DNA of 64,000 bases from Nitrospirota bacterium (lineage in GTDB: Bacteria; Nitrospirota; Thermodesulfovibrionia; Thermodesulfovibrionales; JdFR-86). This document shows positions 55,992 to 64,000 of this stretch, piece after piece. Positions within the stretch are counted from its first letter, which is position 1, and every line of letters starts with the position of its first letter. The position numbers and the translations under genes were made by a program. Location: positions 256,001 through 320,000 of the forward strand of contig CAVRJY010000001.1 of assembly GCA_963721805.1 (NCBI GenBank), given 5' to 3'. The notes beneath the pieces are model-generated. The model was not told the origin of the DNA, did no database searches, and saw only the letters and a list, made by a program, of their open reading frames with translations.

Positions 55992-58636
55992 CTAGTGGGC
56001 CTTGGCCCAGTTCGGGCCGATTCCCAGATCAACCTTTATCGGCACGCTCATTTCCACCGCGCCCTCCATCTCCTCGCGCACCAGCTCCGCCAGCTTATGC
56101 GCCTCGTCCTTCGGCGACTCGCACAAGAGTTCGTCATGCACTTGAAGGATCATGCGGCCCGAGAGGTGCTCTTTCTTAATCCGCCTGTCGAGGTTGATCA
56201 TCGCGATCTTTATGACCTCCGCTGCCGAGCCCTGCACCGGCGTGTTCACCGCGAGCCGCTCACCTGCCTGACGGGTCGATGCGTTAGAGCTTTTAAGCTC
56301 CGGCACAGGGCGGCGGCGCCCGGCTATCGTCGTGACATACCCGCGTTCGCGCGCCTCGGCTATCGTGCGGTCGATGTACTCGCGCACTCCGGGGTGGCGC
56401 TCGAAGTACCGCTTTATGTAGTCGTCCGCCTCCTGCCGCGAGATGCCGAGGCCCTCTGAGAGGCCGTATGCGGTCTGGCCGTAAATCACGCCGAAGTTCA
56501 CGGTCTTTGCTGCGCGCCTCATATCGGCCGTCACGCGCGAGGCAGGGACGCCGAATATCTCGGAGGCGGTCTTGGCATGGACGTCCGCGCCGTGTGCGAA
56601 GGCCTCCTTGAGCGTGGCGTCGCAGCTCAGGTGCGCCAGTATCCTTAGCTCGATCTGGCTGTAGTCGGCCGAGATGAGCAGGCTGCCTCCCTCGGCTATA
56701 AAGGCCTCCCTGATGCGCCTGCCCCAGTCGCCGCGGATCGGGATGTTCTGGAGATTCGGCTCCGAGCTCGATAGCCTGCCGGTCGCGGTCGAGGCCTGAT
56801 TGAACGAGGTATGCACGCGGCCCGTGGCCGGGTTTATCAGGCCGGGCAGGACGTCGACGTATGTGTTTTTTAGCTTGCTTAAGGTGCGCCATGAAAGCAC
56901 CTCGGCCGGGAGCTCATGTGTCTTCGCGAGCTCCTCGAGCACTGCCATGTCGGTGGAGTACCCGGTCTTTTTCTTCTTCCCGGGCTTGAGCCCGAGGCGA
57001 TCAAAGAGCACCTCGCCCAGCTGCTTGGGGGAGTTAATGTTGAACTCGCCCCCGGCGATGAAGTATATCCTGCCCTTGAGGGATTCGAGCTCTCGCTCGA
57101 GTTCGCGGCCTATGCCGTGGAGCACATCGGGCGCGACCTTCACCCCGGCGGTCTCGATATTGACGAGCACCGGCACGAGCGGCATCTCGATCTCGTTAAA
57201 CACGACCGCCAACCCCTGCGCGTCCATCAGCGGCAGCATCGCGGCCTTAAGCGAGAACGCGAGCTCCGCGTCCTCGGCGGCATACGGCACCGCATCTTCG
57301 AGCGAGACGTGCTCGAACCCCCGATTGCCGCCCGCGACTTCCTTATAAGGCCTTTTCGCGCGGCCGAGGTGCTCGAGCCCGACGCTCTCGAGGGAGTGCT
57401 CGGCGCGGTTTGGGTTAAGGAGGCTGGAGGCGACCATCGTATCGAACAGCGGGCCGCGCAGCGTGACGCCCGCTGAGTTCAGCACGATCATGTCAAACTT
57501 GATGTTATGGCCGATCTTCGTGATATGCCGGTCGGACATCACGCGGCCGAGAAGCTTAAGCGCGTCATGCGCCGGGATCTGGCCTTCTAGGCCCTCGTGG
57601 GCGAGCGGGACGTATACCGCATGGCCCTTTTCGGCGCATAGCGAGAACCCCACAAGAGAGGCCCTCATCGGGTCGAGCCCTGTGGTCTCGGTATCGAGCG
57701 CGACCTCGCCCTTTATCGACGAGAGGAATTTCTCAAGCTCGGCCTCGCTTAATATCGCCTTATACTTCCGGGGGCCAGCGGCCCCTCTTCTTCGCGGGGG
57801 ATGAGCTTCATGAGCGAGGTAAATCCGAGCTCGCGGAATATCCCGGCGAGCTCGTGCCAGCGCGGGGGGAGGAGCTTGAAGGTATCCTTCTTGAGGTCGA
57901 GCGGGACCTTGTGGTTGATCTCGGCAAGCTGCTGGCTCAGCCTCATGCTCTCCCGGCCCTCGACGATGAGCGTCCTAGTGCGCTCGCGCTTTATGCGCTC
58001 GGGGTGAGCGAGCATCTCATCAAGGCTGTGAAACTCGGCCAGCAGCTCGCGGGCGGTCTTCTCGCCTATGCCCTTGACGCCGGGGATGTTGTCCGAGGCG
58101 TCGCCGACGAGCGCCATGTACTCGGTGACGCGCTTTGGAGGCACGCCTATCTTATCCTCGACCGCGCGGCTGTCTAATTCGATGTCCTTCATCGGGTCGT
58201 AGACTCTGATGTGCGGCCCGACGAGCTGCATCATGTCCTTGTCGCTCGTGACGATAAAGGCGTCCGAGCCGTGGCGGACCGCCTCGTCCGCGAGCGTGGC
58301 CAGCACGTCGTCGGCCTCGTATCCTGGCATCTCGAACGTGCGTATGCCCATCGCGCTTATGATCTGCTTGATATGCGGGACCTGCGCGATAAGGTCGTCC
58401 GGGGTCTCCGGGCGCTGGGCCTTGTAGTCTTCGAACAGGAGGTGGCGTTCGGTCGGGTGCGGGGTGTCGAAGGCGACGATCACGGCCTCGGGCCTGCGCT
58501 CGCGGATGATCTTTAAAAGCATGTTCGTAAAGCCTAATATCGCTCCGGTGGGGCGGCCTTGCGAGTCCGTGAGACCGCGTATCGCGTAGTATGCGCGGTA
58601 TACGTAGGAGTTGCCGTCTATGAGATAGATGGCCAT
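55992..58636 (-). CDS. polA: DNA polymerase I, apparent frameshift near 57770
   Basis: LIDGNSY 5' nuclease; ALDTETTG 3'-5' exonuclease motif in the second frame; DYSQIELR, LQVHDEL. Confidence 0.96.
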
Positions 58637-58765
58637 TAACCAGAGTTTAACACAGCGCATGCGGCCGCGTTAACGCCAGCCGCGCCGGGCCGCTTCATTT
58701 GAGATCGCGGAAAGTGGTAAATTAGATGTGTCTTAACGATCAGCCTGGATTAAGGAGGACAGCGT

Positions 58766-59239
58766 ATGGAACGGGTTCCAATGACGCCCGAGGGACATAA
58801 AGCCATGCAGGTGGAGCTCGAACGCCTGCTGAAGGTCGACCGGCCGGCCAACGTGCGGGCCATCGCCGAGGCGCGCGCTCACGGCGACCTCTCCGAGAAC
58901 GCGGAGTACCACGCGGCCAAGGAGAAGCAGAGTTTCATGGAGGGCCGCATACAGGAGCTGCAAGACAAGCTCGCGCGCGCGCAGGTCATCGACGCCTCGC
59001 AGGTCAACCACGACAAGGTCGCCTTCGGCGCGCGCGTCACGGTGCTCGACCTCGCAAGCGACGTGGAGTACGTCTTCAGGATAGTCGGCAGCGAGGAGGC
59101 GGACCTAAAGAAAGGCAGCATCTCTCTGACCTCCCCGGTGGGGAAGGCCTTAATCGGCAAGACCATCGGCGACAGCGCGATCATAAAGGCCCCGGCAAAG
59201 ACTATCGAATACGAGATCATGGGCATAGCATACGACTGA
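58766..59239 (+). CDS. greA: Transcription elongation factor GreA
   Basis: HGDLSENAEY, SPVGKALIGK. Confidence 0.97.
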   Translation: MERVPMTPEGHKAMQVELERLLKVDRPANVRAIAEARAHGDLSENAEYHAAKEKQSFMEGRIQELQDKLARAQVIDASQVNHDKVAFGARVTVLDLASDVEYVFRIVGSEEADLKKGSISLTSPVGKALIGKTIGDSAIIKAPAKTIEYEIMGIAYD

Positions 59240-59997
59240 TGGAATCGCGCTCGTTTCAGGCCGAGGTCACGGGACAGAGGCAGGTCAGCCCCGGCCAGTT
59301 CGTGCTCTCGCTGAAATCGCTCTCGGAGGCACCCGAGCCCAGGGCCGGACAGTTTTATATGCTCGGCGTGGGCGACGGGTACGACCCGCTTTTGAAGCGT
59401 CCGTTTTGCATGTTCGGGTATGAGGGCGGAATCATACGCATACTCTATGCGGTGCGCGGCCGCGGGACGCGCCTGCTAAGCACGCTTAAGCCCGGCGCGG
59501 TGATCCCGGTGCTCGGGCCGCTCGGCAACGGCTACCCCGCGCCACGTCGCGGCTCTGACCCGCTGATCATAGCCGGGGGCACGGCCATAGCCTCGGTCTA
59601 CCCGCTCATCATGCAGCTTAAGAAGAAATGCCGCGTGGTATACGGCGCGCGGAGCCTTGCCGAGCTCCTGATGGTCGAGGATATAACGGCGGCCGCACGC
59701 GAGGTCCATACCTGCACCGAGGACGGCTCATGCGGCGCCCACGGAAACGTGATCGACGTCCTCGGCTCTCTCGATCTCGCTCCCTCGACGATGATTTATG
59801 CCTGCGGCCCGCGCGGGCTGGTTGACGCGGTGCAGGCCTTTGCGAAGGCTCGCGGGCTCGCGGGCGTGGTATCGCTCGAGGAGTTCATGGCATGCGGCAT
59901 CGGGGCGTGCATGGGCTGCGTCTGCAAGACAGCGCACGGATACAAGCGCGTCTGCAAGGAGGGCCCGGTGTTCCCGCTCGATGAGGTGATAATGTGA
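59239..59997 (+). CDS. pyrK: Dihydroorotate dehydrogenase electron transfer subunit
   Basis: LKRPF, GPLGNG, YACGP, MACGIGACMGC...CKEGPVF. Confidence 0.93.
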   Translation: MESRSFQAEVTGQRQVSPGQFVLSLKSLSEAPEPRAGQFYMLGVGDGYDPLLKRPFCMFGYEGGIIRILYAVRGRGTRLLSTLKPGAVIPVLGPLGNGYPAPRRGSDPLIIAGGTAIASVYPLIMQLKKKCRVVYGARSLAELLMVEDITAAAREVHTCTEDGSCGAHGNVIDVLGSLDLAPSTMIYACGPRGLVDAVQAFAKARGLAGVVSLEEFMACGIGACMGCVCKTAHGYKRVCKEGPVFPLDEVIM

Positions 59998-60926
59998 ACA
60001 TGCGGGCGAGTGTGAACATGCGGGTGAAGATCGGCCCGATGGAGCTTAAAAATCCGGTCATGACCGCATCAGGCACGTTTGGGTACGGGGAGGAGTTCTC
60101 GGAGTTCTTCGACCTCGCCCGCCTGGGCGCGGTAGTGATGAAGGGCATATCGGTCAATCCCAGGGAGGGGAACCCTCCGCCGCGGCTGTACGAGACGCCG
60201 TGCGGGATGCTCAACTCCATAGGGCTCCAAAACGTCGGGCTTAAAAGGTTTCTTAAAGAGAAGCTCCCATTCATCAGGCAGTTCGATACCTTGGCGATCG
60301 CGAACATACTCGGAGGCACGCCTGCGGAATTCACAAAGCTCGCGCGTGCGCTAGACGATGCCGGTCTTGACGGCATCGAGCTTAACGTCTCGTGCCCGAA
60401 CGTTAAGAAGGGCGGGCAGGTCTTCTGCTCGGACCTGCGCATGCTCGCGAGGCTCATCGCCAAGGTGCGCGCGGAGGTCAGGCACGCCGCGCTTATAGTG
60501 AAGCTCTCACCGGCGGTCGGGGACATCCGGCCGGGGGCGCGCGTGGCGGAGGCGGAGGGCGCTGACGCGATCTCGCTCATCAACACCCTGCCCGGACTCG
60601 CGGTGGACCTCGACGCGCGCCGGCCGGTTTTAGCGAACGTCGTAGGCGGGCTCTCCGGCCCGGCCATTCGGCCCGTGGCGCTCCGCATGGTATGGGAGGC
60701 CGCATCGACCGTGAAGATCCCGATTATCGGGATGGGCGGGATAACCAGCGGCCGCGAGGCGCTGGAGTTCATGCTATGCGGCGCGACGGCGGTCGCGGTC
60801 GGGACCGCCAATTTTATCGAGCCGATGTCGGCTGTGAGGGTCGTCGAGGAGATCGAAGGGTATCTGCAGGCCAAGGGCATCGGGGACGTGCGCGAACTCA
60901 TAGGCGCGCTGGAGGTGACGACTTGA
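59994..60926 (+). CDS. pyrD: Dihydroorotate dehydrogenase 1B catalytic subunit
   Basis: ASGTFG, NSIGLQN, ELNVSCPN, GGLSG, IIGMGGI. Confidence 0.96.
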   Translation: MNMRASVNMRVKIGPMELKNPVMTASGTFGYGEEFSEFFDLARLGAVVMKGISVNPREGNPPPRLYETPCGMLNSIGLQNVGLKRFLKEKLPFIRQFDTLAIANILGGTPAEFTKLARALDDAGLDGIELNVSCPNVKKGGQVFCSDLRMLARLIAKVRAEVRHAALIVKLSPAVGDIRPGARVAEAEGADAISLINTLPGLAVDLDARRPVLANVVGGLSGPAIRPVALRMVWEAASTVKIPIIGMGGITSGREALEFMLCGATAVAVGTANFIEPMSAVRVVEEIEGYLQAKGIGDVRELIGALEVTT

Positions 60927-61705
60927 TCGCACTGCTGACGGACTTCGGGACGCGCGACCCCTTCGCAGGGATATTGAAGGGCATCATAGCCGGGATCAAC
61001 GCCGGTGCGAACGTCATGGATATTACGCACGAGATCCCGCCGCAGGACATACGCCGCGCCGCGCTCGTGCTCGGTGACTCGTACCGCTACTTCCCGAAGG
61101 GGACGATCTTCGTCTGCGTGATCGACCCGGACGTGGGCTCCGGCCTGAGGCGGCCCCTTTGCGTGCAGGCCGGGGAGCACTTCTTCATAGGCCCGGATAA
61201 CGGGACGTTCACCGTGCCGATCACCGAGCACCCGAACGCCACGCGGCTGTGGGAGATCACGAGCAGCAAGTACCTCCTGCCGGTGCGCGGCAGCACGTTT
61301 CATGGCCGGGACATCTATGCCCCTGTCGCGGCATGGCTTTCTAAGGGCATCGAGCCATGGGAACTCGGGCCTGAGGCCGGCTGCCCGGTTCTGATCGAGC
61401 TGCCCGTGCCCGTCCGGCGCGGAGGCGTGACGACCGGCGAGATCGTGATGATCGACCGCTTCGGAAACGCGATCACGAACATCAGGGCACGCGATATCGA
61501 GGGCTCGGAGATTGTGGTCACGGTCAAGGGCAGGGCCGTCGGCATGGTAAAGCACTACTCGGACGCCACGGACGGGAAGCCGCATGCGCTGCTAAACAGC
61601 GAGGGAAGGCTCGAGGTATTCGTCTATCTTGGGGATGCGGTGGCCGCGCTGGGGCTTGGGCTTGGCGACGAGGTTACGGTAACGTCAGGCGCGGACGCGG
61701 CGTGA
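60923..61705 (+). CDS. SAM hydroxide adenosyltransferase family (DUF62, chlorinase/fluorinase-like)
   Basis: LLTDFG, DITH, IDPDVG, GPDNG, TFHGRDIYAP, IDRFGN. Confidence 0.92.
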   Translation: MIALLTDFGTRDPFAGILKGIIAGINAGANVMDITHEIPPQDIRRAALVLGDSYRYFPKGTIFVCVIDPDVGSGLRRPLCVQAGEHFFIGPDNGTFTVPITEHPNATRLWEITSSKYLLPVRGSTFHGRDIYAPVAAWLSKGIEPWELGPEAGCPVLIELPVPVRRGGVTTGEIVMIDRFGNAITNIRARDIEGSEIVVTVKGRAVGMVKHYSDATDGKPHALLNSEGRLEVFVYLGDAVAALGLGLGDEVTVTSGADAA

Positions 61706-62692
61706 GGATTCCCTTGCGCCAAGCTCGCTAAACGGGGTGAGCCGCTCGTAGTCATAGAGCACGGCCATCGCCGTGCTCTCGGTGTGTATCCCGGATTCCT
61801 CAAGCGCGGCCACAGGGTTGAGCCCGCCCACGATAACCATCCCCGCGCGGTCCATCCCGACCGGCATCTCCAGAAGCGGCTGGTTGGGGTTGCCCATCGT
61901 GAGTATCCCGCCTATGCCGATTTCGGCGAGACGGCGCTGCACGTCCTGCGCGGCGGCGAGGCTCATGACCGGTATCTCGCGAAAGCTCCCGAGGATCTTG
62001 CCCCGGCCCTCGGTGACGGCCGAGCCGACCGAGGTCATCCGCCCCCGGATGAACAGCACAAGCGGGTCTATCGAGGAGCCGTCGTAGCTCAGTATCGCGG
62101 TGAAGCGCGAAGGCCTGCCCTCGTCGACCTCGATCACGCCGCCGAAGCGCGAGACGACAGGGATCCCGTTTTTGAGGAAGACGCCGTTGATCGTGACGCT
62201 GCATACAGTGCCTATGGCGACCATGCCCTCCGGCACCACAGTGTCGCCGATCTGGTCGCCCTCGCGGACGAGGATCAGCTTGTCGGACATTATATAGGGC
62301 GAGCCGAAGACGCGGCCCATTACCTTGATCGCGGCCTTGACGTCGCGCGCGGGGAAAAGCGTCACGTTGAGGATGACCTTGCCCTCGCGGCGGTCGAGGT
62401 CGAACGTCGTCTGAAACGCGAGGTTCTCGATCTTGCTTATGATGAACCCCACACGGTCCGAGACGACCGCGTTTCTGAGCTCCTCGCGGCCCTTCTCGGT
62501 GATCTGGCGGCCTTCCTTGCCGAAGACCCTCGTGAAGCCGCGCTCGTCGAGCATCTTCATGTGGTAGCGCACCGTGCGCTCCGTAAGCTCGACCCCGAGG
62601 AGCGTCAGCTGCCTCGATAGCTCCCGCGAGCCTACGATCGCCTCGGGGTGCTGGTTTAGGACCTTCAGTATCGCGAGCATCTGCTTGTTCAT
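61685..62692 (-). CDS. NrpR-family regulator (wHTH + one NRD/DUF128 domain)
   Basis: GSRELSR...TERTVRYH, TVCSVTINGVFL, GSSIDPL, VGGLNPVAA. Confidence 0.88.
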   Translation of the reverse strand: MNKQMLAILKVLNQHPEAIVGSRELSRQLTLLGVELTERTVRYHMKMLDERGFTRVFGKEGRQITEKGREELRNAVVSDRVGFIISKIENLAFQTTFDLDRREGKVILNVTLFPARDVKAAIKVMGRVFGSPYIMSDKLILVREGDQIGDTVVPEGMVAIGTVCSVTINGVFLKNGIPVVSRFGGVIEVDEGRPSRFTAILSYDGSSIDPLVLFIRGRMTSVGSAVTEGRGKILGSFREIPVMSLAAAQDVQRRLAEIGIGGILTMGNPNQPLLEMPVGMDRAGMVIVGGLNPVAALEESGIHTESTAMAVLYDYERLTPFSELGARESSRRVRA

Positions 62693-62732
62693 AACGGTAA
62701 TTATTATAACATTTATGTATTGTGGCTCCATT

Positions 62733-62762
62733 TTGAGCCCGCCAACCCTGATCTGGTATTAT
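62733..62762 (+). promoter_or_regulatory. sigma70-like promoter for metY
   Basis: TTGAGC-N18-TATTAT with TGG extension. Confidence 0.55.
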
Positions 62763-62817
62763 ATGTATAGATAGATAATAATTTCTTATAATCCATCCTA
62801 ACGGGGGTGACGGGCAG

Positions 62818-64000
62818 ATGAAAGACAAGGCGTATCGCTTCGAGACTCAGGCCCTGCATGCCGGGCAGGTGCCGGACCCGACCACGCTATCGCGTGCGGT
62901 GCCGATCCACAGGACGACCTCATACGTCTTTAAGAACACCGAGCACGCGGCGAACCTCTTTGCGCTTCGGGAGCTCGGGAACCTCTATACGAGGCTCACT
63001 AACCCGACGACCGCGATCCTTGAGGAGCGCATAAGCGCGCTTGAGGGCGGCGCGGCCTCGGTCGCGCTGGCATCGGGCACGGCCGCGATATTCTATGCGG
63101 TCATAACCATCGCGGAGGCCGGAGACGAGATAGTATCGGCCTCGAACCTCTACGGCGGCACTATCACGCAGTTCGACTCGATACTGCCATCGCTCGGGAT
63201 CAAGACCACGTTCGTGGACCAGAGAGACCCGGCGAGCTTCGAGGCCGCGATCACGGAGCGGACTCGCGCAATCTTCATCGAGACTATAGGCAACCCCGTG
63301 CTGGATTTCACGGACGTCGCCGCTATCGCCGGGGTCGCGCACCGAAACGGCCTGCCGCTGATCGTGGACGCGACGTTTACGACGCCATACCTGCTTAGGA
63401 CTATCGAGCACGGCGCGGACATCGTGGTCAACTCGCTCTCGAAGTGGATCGGGGGCCACGGCACCGCCATAGGCGGGAGCGTGACCGACGCCGGAACGTT
63501 CAACTGGGCCGGGGGGCGGCACCCGCTCTTTACGCGGCCCGATCCGAATTACCACGGCCTGCGGTGGGCGCAGGACCTCCCTCCGGCGCTCGCGCCCATA
63601 GCGTTCGCGTTACGCGTGCGCACCGTGCCGCTTAGGAACCTCGGGGCCTGCATAGCGCCCGACAACTCCTGGATCTTCCTGCAGGGCACCGAGACCCTGT
63701 CGCTTCGGATGGAGCGCCACTGCCAAAACGCGCTCGCTGTGGCCAAACACCTGAGCTCTCACCCGAAGGTCGCGTGGGTGCGCCATCCGGGCCTCCCAAG
63801 CGATCCGGCATACGCCACCGCGAGCCGGTACCTGAAGCGCGGCTACGGGGGCATGGTCGTCACCGGGCTTAAGGGCGGGTATGACGCGGCGGTGAAGGTC
63901 ATAGACAGCATCGAGCTGTTTTCGCACCTCGCCAACGTGGGCGACGCCAAGAGCCTGATTCTGCACCCGGCCAGCACCTCGCACTCGCAGCTCACCGACG
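62818..64000 (+). CDS. metY: O-acetylhomoserine aminocarboxypropyltransferase, truncated by the window end
   Basis: Translated by hand: MKDKAYRFETQALHAGQ...YTRLTNPT...LEGG...SLSKWIGGHG...HLANVGDAKSLILHPAS. Confidence 0.93.
   Translation, partial: MKDKAYRFETQALHAGQVPDPTTLSRAVPIHRTTSYVFKNTEHAANLFALRELGNLYTRLTNPTTAILEERISALEGGAASVALASGTAAIFYAVITIAEAGDEIVSASNLYGGTITQFDSILPSLGIKTTFVDQRDPASFEAAITERTRAIFIETIGNPVLDFTDVAAIAGVAHRNGLPLIVDATFTTPYLLRTIEHGADIVVNSLSKWIGGHGTAIGGSVTDAGTFNWAGGRHPLFTRPDPNYHGLRWAQDLPPALAPIAFALRVRTVPLRNLGACIAPDNSWIFLQGTETLSLRMERHCQNALAVAKHLSSHPKVAWVRHPGLPSDPAYATASRYLKRGYGGMVVTGLKGGYDAAVKVIDSIELFSHLANVGDAKSLILHPASTSHSQLTD

Noticed and set aside
57749..58660. Naturally split polA with a stand-alone 5' nuclease
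   Set aside because: Linker and ALDTETTG continue seamlessly in another frame with no separate start; the break is at G/C homopolymer runs
60923..61705. Fluorinase or chlorinase indicating organohalogen synthesis
   Set aside because: Housekeeping context with no biosynthetic cluster; the widespread SAM hydrolase (DUF62) role is more parsimonious

Overview
GC-rich bacterial chromosomal window; a Nitrospirota/Desulfobacterota-like anaerobe is my inference from gene content, not established. Its centre (14.3-32.8 kb) is the str-S10-spc-alpha ribosomal protein cluster, lacking rpmD and adk and not preceded by rpoBC. The flanks hold housekeeping genes (tsaB, rimI, hypFDE, surA-like pair, ribH, nusB, polA, greA, pyrK/pyrD, metY), a CbrXAB-like SLC5 sensor kinase/sigma54 regulator operon and several small accessory patches. 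About 13 indels break essential genes (fusA, rplB, rpsS, rpsC, tsaB, polA); most are single-base insertions, so they are most likely sequencing errors. No rRNA, tRNA, CRISPR array or transposase was seen. Most notable unannotated signals: (1) a small membrane ORF after rplQ with an in-frame TGA followed by a SECIS-like hairpin (candidate selenoprotein); (2) a four-copy mosaic 160-190 bp MITE-like hairpin repeat, two inverted copies of which bracket a Cys-rich protein plus degenerate hemerythrin cassette; (3) a phased 23-bp inverted repeat upstream of a Fic gene; (4) an iteron-like TGTTCGGATG cluster; (5) an antitoxin with an internally deleted toxin; (6) recurrent leaderless-type promoters and 18-bp promoter spacers.
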